Below, in pieces: positions 1 to 13,400 of a stretch of 64,000 nt of DNA. The notes beneath the pieces are model-generated. The model was given only the letters and a program-made list of their open reading frames with translations. It was not told where the DNA came from and made no database searches. Both the position numbers and the translations under genes were made by a program. The first letter of the stretch is position 1. Each line of letters starts with the position of its first letter. The DNA is from Geosiphon pyriformis uo1 (Eukaryota > Fungi > Glomeromycota). The stretch lies in assembly GCA_016748015.1 (NCBI GenBank), contig JAAOMT010000282.1, forward strand, positions 62,001 through 126,000, written 5' to 3'.

Positions 1-1649
1 AAAATATAAAAATAATTTAAAGCATTTCGAACTTTAATACAAAAATAAATAAATTAATATTTTATATTTTGGCTACATTATATAGTTAAATTGTGACAAA
101 AACATATCATTTTTTATAATTTTGATTCCAATAATACATTTTATTTTGTATTATTATTAAACTTTAAATTTCATTGCTTTAAAATTTTTATGGTTTAATA
201 TAAATATATACTTATTAATTTAGTATTAACACATTATATATATTATTTACTTAATAATAAGAATTTAAAATTTCTAAAAACAATATAAATTTTCATTTAA
301 AACTTTTTTTCTTTTATTAAATTAAAAACTGTAAATTTGTACATAATAAAAAATAAAAAATTTACAATTGATTATCTTTACAAATTATTTATAAATCAAA
401 TTTTAATAAAAATTTATTTAAGTAATTATTAAGTGTGCATAATTTTAATTAAAAAAATCACAACTTAAATTTTTTTTGCTGATTTGTTTTTTCTTACTTT
501 TTTTCTTTCAAATTGCGTAAATTATAATTAAATAGAAGAAGTTATTTGTTATTTTAAATACTAATTTTTTTTGCATTGTATTCACAAATGTTTCAGAACA
601 TATGTAAAACATAATTAAACTAGTATTAACATAAAAGCAAATTAGCTCACATTTCACAAATTTTAAACAAATATCATTATATGTTTAATTTATTGAGAAT
701 TTATTGGCTTTAATAAAACATAATATTTCTAAAAAAGGTATGTTAAAAAGCAATTTTTACATTAAAAATTATAATACAAAAACCAACTAATATATTAAAA
801 ATTAGTATTAAAAAATAAATTTATGGTTTATTTTTAATTATTATAATAAAGAATAAAATTTTGTTTGTAAATTTTTGCCTACTCTCTGTATAATTGCTAT
901 TAAGGCAAACAAATTATTTATAACTTTGTTTGGAATTTTTCTATATACATCTTCAAATCTTTCAAGTTTTGTGATTCTTTCTCTTTTACATTTTTTTTCT
1001 TTTAAGTTTTTAATTAGATTAAAATTTGAAAAGAATTTTTATTTAAGCGACTTGTGTATTTTGAATTATTGTTTTCCTAAGGTCAAAGGAGCAAAATATT
1101 AATCGATTAAAAAATACAGATAATTTTTAATAATTTTACAAATATCGAAAAATTCCAAAATCCCTTTAGTTTAATGATTATTTTTTAATTTTGATAATAA
1201 AATTTGTGTACAAAAAAAAATTTATCAAAAACCTAAAAAAAATAATTTAATTTAAATTAATAAAATTTTTAACATTTTAAATATATAATTCATGTTATTC
1301 AATACTCGTGACTTACATTCACCATTAATAAGGAAATCTTTTGTGACCCTGCTTGTGATTGTGATTCCCTTTTAAGATAAACAAAGCTGCAAGATGAAAG
1401 CGAATAGTATTACAAAACTTGTTTGAAACCCAAATATCAATTAGGTCACTATGACACTATATGTCTTTTTACCGGGTCTCAATAACGAAAATCACGTTTT
1501 CTATCTCGTCCACAACATTACACCTGTCCAGTAGTTCATACCCTACTGCGTTTTAAATTACCAACAATTAAAGGAGTACGATTATCGATTTTCTCTTTAC
1601 CATCACCTTTTGCAGGAGCTACCAAATACCTCAACTTTTATCCAGCAAG

Positions 1650-2915
1650 ATGCCTCCCCAGCTTCCTATTGACATCCTTCCAGAAATCTTGCGACACTTT
1701 GTAGGTGAACTAGGTTAGTAGAACTTTAACTTTATTTGTTCTAGATTTATGTAGCTTTACGGAGTAAAGAACCTGTAGTTTTTTCACTACAACCTCGACG
1801 GAAAAAGTTCAACCGCTTGTTCCTTTAAGAATTTTTTTTAACCAATGTAGTCATTTCTACAACATTTTTTCACATACTTTCTACCAAAAAACACTGAAAT
1901 ACCAATTTATACATAAGAAAACTAATCATATACGGTTTTTATCACAATAGACGAGCAAGAGATTCTACATAACTTGCTATTCGTCAATCGTACCTGGTGT
2001 CAACATGCACTACCATTATTATGGACTAATCCATTTCTTATGTGTCAGCAACCAGAAAATCGAGTCAAATTGGTAGATACTTTCATTGGATGTCTGTCTG
2101 ACCATGATAAAGCATTTCTTGCCGCACGAAATCCCGATATTCCATATCATCCTCGTCCATCAATAGATTATACGGCCTACGTCACCATACTTGAGGAGAA
2201 GACCATCATTGAAGCGGTTAACAGCTGGTACGAGAAATTGCCAAAATCAGACGAGAAGAAAGAAAAAGCCATGAACGATGATGCCGATCCAAATAATTAT
2301 CTAGAAGCAGAGAATGAAAACGAAGGGGAGACTTCTAAAGATAGTGAACGAAAATATGAAGCCACTGTTGTTAGCGCCATGCTTTTCAAAATGTTTGTGG
2401 AACGAAGCAACAACATTAAATGGTTCAATCTTGACTGTGACGCCCTCAATGCTAAATGGTACGATGGAGTTGTGACACATCAAAATTATATGGCCGATAA
2501 GATTCTTGAATCTGTAGCAAAATATCAACAAAGTCTTGTTCGCCTTGCAGTCACCTTTAATAGTGGTGGAAGTCAAGCTGACACTACAGAATTAGGAAAA
2601 TTGGTCGTTGAGTGCATAAAGGTACAAGGCCGCTTCCTTCGTGATTTCATTATTGAGAATGCTAGCGGTGAAACCTTTGCCGAAATGCATCATTCCTTAA
2701 GACCTCGTGCCAATTCTTTGAAACGTGTCGGTTATACACAATGTGATTTTTCCCTATTCCCTTGGTCAGTTGGGATTGAGATTTTATCTCAAATTGAAGA
2801 ATTGTACTTCATTGCCTGCACGCATCTAAAAGATAATCAGTTGCAGAAGTTAGAAGGACGTATGGAAAAGCCTTTCCCTGAATTTTACTACTACGTGCTA
2901 AAGGGTCTTGACTAA
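1650..2915 (+). CDS. F-box protein (2 exons: 1650-1713, 1951-2915)
   Basis: ATG at 1650 gives MPPQLPIDILPEILRHFVGEL. GTTAGT donor at 1714, branch ACTAAT near 1921, TAG acceptor at 1950; exon 2 joins in frame to the 313-aa ORF (DEQEILHNLLFVNRTWCQHALPLLWTNPF). This is the LP..IL..I..L.VNR.W...A.P.LW..PF F-box pattern. Confidence 0.85.
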
Positions 2916-3825
2916 TCGATCTATACAAAAAAATTTTCATCTCCCAAACATCCTTGAAGTCATTTGCAAAATTTATCGCGGAACCTATCATGAATTTCTA
3001 AGAAGCATATCTCGAATTAGCCGTTATCCTGTAATTTATCTCTCACCCATTTATTCATAACTCTTACACAAATTGCTAATTCAGTCTGAATACTTTCTCG
3101 ATCAGCGTGAATAGTTAAAATAAAATACATTCCAAATTTTCCTTACTTCCTTTGAAACATTAAGACTCTCGATTACCTGCAAATCGAGCTAGAAATACAT
3201 TCTACTTGTGAACAATAAGAAACTTTATGGAAATTAAAGGATAGAAAAATACATCATTCTTTGAATTTGGTGAAAACTTCATTCACAAACGCTGAAATCG
3301 ATTGAATTAAAAGATAATATTCTTACCTACAATTAGTTTGATCACGTGGTCGATTTAAAAGAGGCTAATTATTTCAAGAATTCACAAATTTATTATTATC
3401 GTTACTATTATTCAAAATCTTGCATATTAATAGTTTTTCCCTTGCAAATAAAATTTGAAATTCATTGGAATCGGTCGAGTGAATTTAATATTATTAGTGT
3501 ATATTTATGTGATATAAATGTTTGATTTTATGACAATATTTATGACTTTCTTTTGCCCTAATTGCGCTTACGTAATTTATTAATCTGAGATTAAAGATTT
3601 TTCTAAGTATATTAGAAAATATACATTTTTAATTTTAACATATTAAAAAATATATATTGTTTGTTTTTTATTATTATAAACATTAAATATTTTTGATCAA
3701 AATAATTTTTAAGATTGAAAATGGTTTGAGATTATTAAATACATATTATTTTTTTATATTATTATTATTAATCAATTTAGAATTTTCAAAAAAGTTTTTT
3801 AAATTTAAAATATTTAAAATATTCA

Positions 3826-4005
3826 AAATAAACTTAATTAATAAATAAATTATATAAGTAAAAATATATTGAAAAATAAGTTTAATTAATAAATAAATTA
3901 TGTAAATAAAAATACATTGAAAATAAATAAATAAATTATGTAAATAAAAATATATTGAAAAATAAACTTAATTAATAAATAAATAATATAAATAAAAAAT
4001 GTGAT
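3826..4005. repeat. AT-rich minisatellite, ~47-bp unit, about 4 copies
   Basis: The unit aaaataaacttaattaataaataaattatataagtaaaaatatattg repeats with variants. Confidence 0.7.
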
Positions 4006-4309
4006 AATAAATTTTTAAATGTTTAAATATTCAATGTTAATATTTTAATTATTTACATAATAATAATAATAATAATAATACATTTTTTTGATTAAAAACA
4101 AAATTCTTACATCGAAACTTATCATAGAAACTTTGAAAATAATGAACAATGTAAATTTTTTACATGATAAAATTCTTGTAAAGCAAATTTCATTATTCAA
4201 GAAACGTGATATTTATAAAAACTTTTAGCATTTTAACAATAGATTTTAGGATTTGACATTTCAATGATTAATTTTTTTTCGATTTTTTCACTATATTTTT
4301 AAAGAATTT

Positions 4310-4695
4310 CAAAACTCGTCGCTTCTATAAACACTTGCTAATTTAATGGTTGAAGTAATAAAAGATTTCTTCATAAATCACTTTCTTTCATGATATAAAT
4401 CTACCTATTGACTCTTCCTAAGTGCCTCCAAAGAAAAGTATAGAGCTGATTTTGGAATTTGGAAAAAATCCAACTTTTTTTTCCAATTGTCGGCGGGAAT
4501 TGAAGCCTTTGATTCTTTATAGAAAGAAAAAATTGCATTATGTGTTTAAAGACGGGGGTGCCATCACGATCAAAAAAGAATATTCATCTTCTATGTTAGG
4601 GTACATTTCGTTCTTTGACCAGTTTTTCAAGCAATGCGTTAGGATAAGCTACGAGAGTTAAATACCTTGTTTCATACTTCAAAAGTTAAAATTAA
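4310..4695 (-). pseudogene. BTB/POZ (KCTD/T1-type) domain pseudogene
   Basis: Across stops and frameshifts the minus strand reads YETRYLTLVAYPNALL...EDEY/FFDRDG..VFKHIMQF...RRQLEKKLDFFQIP, which are T1-BTB motifs. Confidence 0.75.
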
Positions 4696-5328
4696 TTTTA
4701 AGGAGTTATTAAAGGTTTAAGCCAGACTTTTAAACTGAGCTTTTTACCAATATTCAATATAATTCATCTTAAATTTTTATTTAGCATTATAATACTGATT
4801 TTATTACAATTCGGAATTTAAGATTCACGATGTTAAAAGATAACTGAGAATTTTATTAGTTTTAGACCATTTATAAAATTATTATGAATTGAATAAAAAA
4901 TAAATTACATGATCAAAAGTTTTAAAATATTGATTTAATAAAAAATTTAAAACCTAATTTGTTTAAATTGTAAGAAACCTTTAATGATATTTCAGTCTCT
5001 TAAATTCAACAAGAGCTTTCACTTTTAACAAACTTAAAGAATCAAAAATTCTGAAATTGTGTAAAATATTATTTTGGACAAATCTAAGAACAAAGGTTGA
5101 CAGCCGCTCTTAATATTGGTTTTTTCGTTGGCTAAAAATTGTTAATAAATATATTAAACATTTCAAGTACATTTCTTTCGTGAATTTTCTAGTCGAAATA
5201 GGAAAGTTTGCGGCAGGGTTTTTAAAATTTTCCCTTTCTAAAATTTGAACCGCATGATTAAATTAATAGCTATCCGATTCACATCAACTAATTGCCGCTT
5301 GAAACTTGGAATATCAAATTCAAAGAGA

Positions 5329-5805
5329 TTATGAGTCATACTTCTTAATAGCTACCTTTTCCTTTTTAGGAGGAGCTACCTGAACAGTGAAGGTCATCCT
5401 ATTTTTCAGAGTATTCCACCTATTATAACAACCAGTTGGACCACGTGCAGGAAATTTTTCAGCTGTAATTTTTGACCAGGGAACATCGGTAAGATAGGCA
5501 AGTACAGATGTAATAAGTTCCCTATCTTCTTCTGGTGTCCATGCATTACGTTTTCGAGTTTTTGAAGAAGCTTTAGAAATTGACTTCAATCCACTCTTGG
5601 AGTCATCAGCTAAGGCTGGCGCTTTTCGAGGGTTTTCGGAAACGTCTTCTGTTTTAAATTTCCCATAGTCCTAAGAATTAAAAATCTTTGAATTTCAAGT
5701 ATTATCTTTTCTTTTAACTCTAAATGTTTTGGTAACCCCTTGAAATACCGAATTTTGTTGACCGCCCTCGAACTCAAGTTTTATTTTCTTTTGTCTGTCT
5801 ACCAT
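5329..5805 (-). CDS. Small single-repeat Myb/SANT protein (exons 5805-5749, 5670-5329)
   Basis: MVDRQKKIKLEFEGGQQNS, then a phase-0 GTATTT..TTCTTAG intron (78 nt), then DYGKF...AWTPEEDRELI...PWSKIT...RGPTGCYNRWNTL with all three Myb tryptophans. Confidence 0.8.
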
Positions 5806-6364
5806 TCCAACAAGAAGCTTTTGGCAAAAACAAATGAAAAAGAACAATAAACTTTTTATTGTTAAGAAGTCTTTTTTTTTGGATTCGAGAATATAGAATA
5901 TAATTTTGGGTTTGTTCAATTCCTATCATATCCTATATAATTTTCATAATGAATCAGCACCCTTGCACATTTACGAAGAGAAAGATTAATCACTTTTAAC
6001 CTCTCATACGCCGACATCAGTTAATCACTTTACCGAAATTTAAGAAGTCTCGAAAATTACGCCAATTAAAAGTTATTAGTGTTTCTAAAAATTTATCTAA
6101 ATTCTTTCGGTTGAAATTATTTACTACACTAACAGAAATTTAAATCACATGAAAATGCATGTTTATACCACAAACTCTCTTTTTTCATAGAATACATTTT
6201 CAATTCAAACTTTTTGTTAATTATCAAATTTTTATGTTAATTGGCTTAAAAATAAAAAAATTGCTTAATTTAAAAAATTTAAATTTTTTTAAATGTATTT
6301 TTGACATAAAGAATATTCAACTAAAATATTTTTAATATCTAATAACCATTTTTTTAATTTTTTG

Positions 6365-6460
6365 TATTTAACGAGTGAGGCCCAATCGTTATCTAGTACA
6401 ATACAACAGACTAAGTTTTCTAAACTAGACGCGACTCACGCGCTTACTACATGTGACCAG
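6365..6460 (-). mobile_element. Isolated ~95-nt LINE 3' tail (5'-truncated insertion)
   Basis: The reverse complement aligns end to end with 29094-29188 of the full LINE (ctggtcac.tgt...ctagtttaga...cactc.ttaaata). Confidence 0.8.
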
Positions 6461-8420
6461 ATTTTTTTGATAATATTTCATATTAAAAATATAGATTTTT
6501 TAATCATAAAAATCATTATGGAATTAAATATAATAATTTATAATAAATAAAAGCTTTGCAAAAACAAAAGAATTGGTAATTCATAAAGGCTAAAAAAACG
6601 ATTAACCCCAATTAAAGTATAAAAAATCTTGTACAACAACATTCATTTCAGAAATTAATTTGTTAATATATCGATCACAATGGCAACGCTTTTTATATTC
6701 GAAAACCTTTTTTACAAACGCGTTGGCTGATGCCAATTATTTGAGCTTTATTATATTTGTAAATGCCAAATAGACTATGATAAATGCGTTATAAAAAATT
6801 GATGTTTTAATTCATGCTCACCAAATAATTAACTCTATAAAGACTTCATGAATTGGACAGCAACAATTGAGCTGTATCGAGCTAAGCTACTTTATAAATA
6901 GTACCGAACCTGTTTTCAATTTATCTGGTCCAAAGAGATGTTTGATGAGAAATGTGTCGGCGAAGAAATATGCAATAACATTCTTGCAACGTTGCAACAA
7001 AGGAATATTCTTGGTACTTCTATCGTTATAATATAGATTGAATTTTTGATTATTTCGTCTGTTTTTCGATTGATGAGGTTGAATAAACGAATAACTCCTA
7101 AAAAAATGTGAATAATATAATCCTTTTGTAAATTAGATCAGTTTGTTTAATATATAATATTATGAGTTGGGTATAATCTTTCGAGCTGAAGCGGAAAAAA
7201 ATAACAATCGATTTAAAAGTAAATCAATTTGGAAAGTTGGGCGAAAGCAAAAACAAAACGAATGAATCGAAAAAAGATCAAAAGTAAATCCGTTTGATAA
7301 AATAACTTTTGATTAATATCATGGTTTGGCAAATTCAGTATTCAATTCCTTCACGAAGCAATGGCGTGATATTTGTTTGTTTCCTTTTATATCTATGTCG
7401 CACAAATTTCATTATTGGAAAATACTAACCTTATCTGAAACGGTTTTCGCACCCCTTGCAAGGTGGAAAACAATATTAGTAAAGAACATCTATTTAATTT
7501 ATACAGAGATTTTCAAACTAATGTAAGATAAATTGGGATGTACAAATAAGGCATGCATTGATTGAAATAATTTTATTTATCGTTTTGGGCTGCTTTCTTG
7601 AGGAAAGGCTGTGCCAACCATTCAAAAAAAATCCAATAAAAATTTGTGGTTTTAAATCAGTCAGCTGGGCTGTATCGTTTTTTTTTTGGATTCATTGAAT
7701 TTCCAATTAACAACATTAATCGTTTCTATATTTTCACGATTGCGGAACGAAATATAAAAAAATGTTATGTGAATTTAATTTGAGTGACGGACTCCAAACA
7801 GACCCTTGAAAAGATGTTTTGTTTTGCTTGCGAAATTTCCGAGATTGATCTTAGTTAATGCGTATCCAATAATGGAGTTTCAGTAATCAAACTATTTTGT
7901 CATTCAATACCAAAAGTTCGTTTGTTCTGCTAGCTAACAACGTAAACAATCGATTATAATCAAACTTTAACTTTAAATTGGGCTATTTGAATCTTTATCA
8001 AAAAAAAATTATTGGATATTTTAATGATTTCTAAGTGAACTTTTAAAAAGATATTAATTTATGCAATAAATTAGTATTTAAAATTAACAAATTTGAATAT
8101 TTATGTATATTAACAATTTGCCAAATTTTAAATTCATAATTTATCTTAAAATCATGAAACTGAAAAATTTCCAAGTTTATTTACTTATTTAAAATTATTT
8201 AAGATAAATACAATTGGAATAATGCCATGAATTTGTTTTCAATTTAAAATTTAACAAGATTAAATAGAAAAATTCCTTATACAGTTGAAATATTTTTTAA
8301 CTTAATAAAGTTGCTCACTACATTTGCATAAAAAGTTACGTAAAAATAATTTAAGTGACCCTGTGGCCAGGTTAAAATTCTTTTACAAATGTTGTAAATA
8401 GATTCGTCACTTGGTTTCAT

Positions 8421-9022
8421 TTAATTATGGATCGCTTGCCCACCATAAGAACTAGAAACACCTTGTCCTCTGCTTATGTCTAAAAGAAACAAAATATTAG
8501 TTTGTTTTTTTTTGGACAAAAATTCAAAAGGAATGTGATGAATATGTACTTCGATGGTCTGATGCTGCACCTGGCTTACTTCGGCCTTTATGCGTGTTAT
8601 GAATAATGCCTTGTTCCAGAATCTGTTTAATTATCTCTTCTGTATTGGTCGTCCCGAAAGCGTTTTCAAGCCGTTGCTTCGAAGGTCGACCGGCAATACC
8701 TTCATTTCCACCATTTACAGTTTCAAATACGTCGAAACCTTGAAAAAAAAGTAGATAGGATATTAGCCAATTTTATGAATACGGTGGAAGCCCCTTATCA
8801 TAATTACTTTGGATAGTTTCAATGAGCGGAATGGTTTTGTCTTGACGCCATTTTAAGACCTAGATTCTGAGTCCAATAAATCTCTAATTGTTTCTTAAAT
8901 GACACAAGTTTTTCAAATTGAGCTTTGAACTTTACCAAGTCTGGATTTCCGAAAACGAAGAATTCCCCTCGTTCACCGTTAGCTTTGAAGATGATACGGG
9001 TATCGTCTTGAGAAGTAGCCAT
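8421..9022 (-). CDS. RTC3: Rtc3/SDO1-like protein (SBDS N-terminal FYSH domain only), 4 exons
   Basis: Spliced product MATSQDDTRIIFKANGERGEFFVFGNPDL|VLKWRQDKTIPLIETIQ|SFDVFETVNGGNEGIAGRPSKQRLENAFGTTNTEEIIKQILEQG...|NISRGQGVSSSYGGQAIHN*. All three introns are GT-AG. Confidence 0.85.
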
Positions 9023-9329
9023 ATTGTAATTAAGAAAAGTTCGGTTTTCAGTTTTTTTTGTAAAAGTGGATAAAAACGTAGCAAAAGAAATTCAATATTT
9101 TAAACAGAATAGAGGGTATTCTCAATAGAGGGTATCCTGAATAGAATTACCAGGTTATATAAAAAATCCGTGGGAACCAACCTAACAGACTTTTGCGACC
9201 AATGATGTAATGATGATGTGAGAAATTACACCCGCATTATTACTTCATTGACAATAAATAGATCAGCCGACAGTGATCATCACCCATGACCTATGATGCT
9301 AAACTTAAATTGGCCCTGTTCCGAAATAA

Positions 9330-10320
9330 CTCAATTAAGCTTTTAGTTTAAAAATTTTAAATTTTAGAAATTTAAATACTTCCAAAATTGCGTACATAAA
9401 AAAAGTATTATTATTTTTAAATTTTAATAAATATTTTAAAACTAAATAAACATAAATATATATAAAAGAATTATATAATATAAAAATTTTGAAATCAAAA
9501 AATAATCTGAATTAATATGAATATTTAAATTTAAATATTTTTTATGATTATGTTATGTTTTAATAAAAAACTTGAAATATATTTTTTTTACTTCAATTTT
9601 AATTTGTTTTATTGATATATAAATTCTTTAAATAATGAATATTAAATTTTATATTTAAAATATTATAATTATAATTTATATAATAATAATTTTAATTATA
9701 AAAAAATTTGTTTAAATTATTTTATATTAATATATATAATTTTTTTTAAATATAATTAAAAAGTAAAAAGTTTAAATTATATTGCTAAAAAATTATATTT
9801 AATACTAATTTAAAGTTTTATAAATAAAAATAATATGTTAATACTATTATAAATTTAAAAATTTAAATTAATTAATAAAAAATTATATATTTAATTGAAA
9901 ATTTAATTTTTTTACATTATAAAAAATATGATTTTATAAATAATATATTGTATTAATATAGAAAAATAAAAATACTTAAAATAACATTAAATAAGTAAAA
10001 AAATTTATTATTTAAAATTAAAATACTATATATAATTAAGTTATTTATATAATATATATATTTATAATTTATTAATAAGAATTAATATTAATTAAAAGTT
10101 TTTAAATACAATAATAAATAAAAAATTGTTAATATAATATAATATAGTTTTAATTAGTTTAAATAATTAATTATATATAAATTATTATATATTTATATTT
10201 AATATATATATTATATATAATAAAAAATAATAAATAGTATATATAATTAATGTTTTTTATTATAAATTATTATTTAAATACTTTTATAAAATATAATTTA
10301 ATTATTATTAATATATATAA
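9330..10320. other. Near-pure A/T block, probably terminally eroded TE DNA
   Basis: Almost no G or C; it adjoins recognisable degenerate TE sequence. Confidence 0.5.
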
Positions 10321-10329
10321 ACATGAAAT

Positions 10330-11110
10330 TTTTTTATTAAAAAACTTTTTTTTATTTTTATAAAAATATTTAATAAAATATTATAGTTTTTAATAATTTT
10401 TAATATTTAAAAAATAAAACAATTAAGCAATATTTTTTACAATGTTTCAAATATAAAATAGTTTTTTATTGTTAATAAAACTTTTATATTAAGGTTTTTT
10501 CTTTTTTTAAGTAATTAATTAAAAATAATTTAATATAATTACTATTTTTAATTTAACTTTTTTTATTGTTTAAATAATTAAAAAACAATTTTTTTATAAA
10601 AAATAAATTATTAACTTTTTTTGATTTTTTAATATTTTTATTAAATTTATAATTATATTAATATATAATAATTAATTTTAATTTTATAATTATAATAAGA
10701 ATAAAAAATAAAAAAGTTATACTTAATATTTTTTCTAAAATATTTAATAAAATTTTAATTAAAAAAACTTTTTCTGTTATAAAAGCAGCTAAACAAAATA
10801 TTTTAGTAACTTTTTTCTTAAATAATAGTAATAAAAAGCTGTTTTTAGTAATTATTAATATATCTTTTTTATTTTTAACTGGCTTTTTTTCAATCAAAGT
10901 TTTTTTAAAAAGACACATTTAGATTAATCTTAATATTGTTTTTATCTTTTCTAAGAGCTTAAAAGTATTTAATAAGCCAATTATTAAACTGGTTTTTTTT
11001 ATTTTTTTTGTTATATCTAATGTTTACAGTACTTTTTTTTCTAAGATAATCAAAAAAATCATAGGTTTAAAAAGACAATAGTAGTTATCTGTTTCTGTTA
11101 TTGTTATACT
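10330..11110 (+). mobile_element. 5' part of a degenerate ORF1-only non-LTR element, interrupted by the Gypsy
   Basis: Eroded coding-like sequence with the same composition as 20372-21930. It stops where LTR homology begins. The left boundary is uncertain. Confidence 0.45.
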
Positions 11111-11547
11111 GAATTGATTAGCTACCAATTTCAATAAACTGTTAGTAACTCCAGGTCTGGATAAAAAACGTTTTCTTTGATAAAATCCTATTTTTTTTAT
11201 ATTTTTTATATTTATTTATTTTCTTTTCTTATTACAATCATTAGAGTAGCCTACAGATAAGATTCCTGTAGAAAAGTTGATTTTTACAGCAAAGTAACTA
11301 CATATTTTAGTAAGCTTCTAAATGAGCAATTCTTGAGAAAGAATTGACATTTACTACAATATAACTACATAAAAGTAACTGGTATGGAATTGGTAATTCC
11401 ACTTATAAGCTCAGCAGTTCAAATTATAGGAGATAATTTAAAGATAAATTCAGTTATTAAAGATTCAACTACTTTTAGAAAATGTAAATTCACAACAAAC
11501 AGCCATTAGCAACATTTAAAAAAAGAGACCAAAAACCTCCGGTAATA
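11111..11547 (+). repeat. 5' LTR (only the 3' ~440 bp remains)
   Basis: Matches the 3' half of the 3' LTR. Ends GGTAATA (decayed GGTAACA) followed by tTTGGTGCTCTCC (PBS). Confidence 0.85.
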
Positions 11548-11592
11548 TTTGGTGCTCTCCTACAGAAATAATACAGCAATAACAACTTCAAA

Positions 11593-13400
11593 GTGGCGAT
11601 CACACCAAACACAATTACTCTAGAGTATTACCAATTAATTTACATTCACTGCAAGCAAAGATTTAACATCCAAGACGGAATTGAAATTTTCAAGAAATTA
11701 TTATACCAATATATTGAAAACTGCATTAACAATTCTCTTTTTAGAAACCACAATATTTCAGAAGTTAGAAACAACCTCTACAATAATTTATTACACTAAT
11801 CACAATTAAGAACTAAAGACCTTAACAGTAAAACACTTGTCACCTACTTTTAAAAACTTAATTTTAACATTATTTAGTATTGTGAAGAAAAATACCCAAT
11901 ACAGTCCAAATATTCTCTTGACTTTGAATCAGAATCAGAAAACAGCAACAACAGAAAACAGAAAAAGAAAATTCAAGTTAGTCATATAATTCACATACCA
12001 AAAACAACTGCCAAACACTTACAAACACCTAAACAAGGAACCAGTATCAAATTACCACTTTTTATTACACTATTTTCAATTTCACTTGCTCAACCACAAA
12101 CATCAAATTTACTACTTATCTATTTCTTAAGACTAGAAGATTTTTAGTTACCTAAAAGTTCTACTCAACAACAGAAACCCATATTAACCAGCACCAATAT
12201 TATTAATTACTTACAAAAAAATAAAAGTAATTATTCAAAGAACTTGAAAAGTAAAGAAACTGAATCAAAACAAAAAAAAACCCCAAAAAACAAAAAAAAA
12301 ATGGCAACTGCTTACATTGCAAAGATTCCAGAATTCACTGGTAAAAATAATGATACCAGTCCACAAGAATGGCTTAACAAAGTCCAGAAAGCAGGAGATA
12401 CAAATGAATGGAATACAGCAAAAATGCTTAAAGCAATTCCATATTTTCTCCAAAGAACAGCAAAAGAATAGTTTAAAAACTTGGATGCACTCTTTAAAAA
12501 CTGGCAAGCATTTAAAAATGCTTTTTTACAACAATTTATCGACAACAACACTTCTATTACTCTTCAAAATTGCTTTCACAATATCAAACAAAAACCAAAT
12601 GAATCAGTCATGACTTATTTAGAGAAGTTTAACAAACTTTTCAGAAGAATTTGCCAGTTGGAAACCAATAAATACTATTCCAACACCCAAATTTTGAATT
12701 AATTCATTGCTGGATTAAAAGATAAACTCATAAAAAAAGTGTATTCATATTCACTTAAAGATTTGGCTATTGCTATCTAACATACAAAAAATTATGAAAT
12801 AGCTATGAAAAAAGCCAATCACACAAAATTTGTGAATCTTGCTATTAGAAAAACCAGCTCAATAGCTGAAAAAAAAATTGACCAGCTCACAAAAAAAGTT
12901 GAAAACTATTTTACCAATCAAAAACAGCAACAACAAACACAAAAATATCAGCCACCACAATAACAAAACCAAAACAACTATCCATTATTATCAAATAGTT
13001 AAAACCAAAGTTGTTACTACTGTGAAATTTTAGGACATTGGAAATGAGACTACAAAAAGCTACAAAAAAACCAACAAACAGAAGTAATTAACATTACTTT
13101 TCAATACAGCAATCTCATTATCAGTCTCTACCATTAGTCTATTATTCCTCGAGACCCCAACAGCAAAACAATTACTATCAATCTGCTCTACAACAACAAT
13201 ATTAACAACCTATACCAATCCAACAGTATTAATAACTATCTACACAACAATATTAAGTACCAGCCTGAAGATTGGTTCAACATAACCAATTCACATTACA
13301 AAACCATTTTTCAATAAACAACAACAGAATCAACTCAAATAACTAGTTAGTTCCCTAAAATTCTGGTCAACAAAAACCCAATTATTACCACACTCAACCC
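11593..13400 (+). pseudogene. gag: Gypsy gag (retrotransposon gag domain + CCHC knuckle)
   Basis: IAKIPEFTG...SPQEWL...AIPYFLQ.TAKE*F...WQAFKNAFLQQF...IKQKPNESVMTY; knuckle CYYCEILGHWK*DY at ~13012. The track ORFs at 11593, 12244 and 12481 share one frame. Confidence 0.85.

Noticed and set aside
6700-7560. Moderately GC region with ORF 7326-7526
   Set aside because: No recognisable domain or splice structure.
11100-11110. tgttata as the 5' LTR start, or ttg(g)ttata as a long TSD
   Set aside because: It does not match the 3' LTR start TGTTACCAG and is better read as host-element sequence at a deletion junction.
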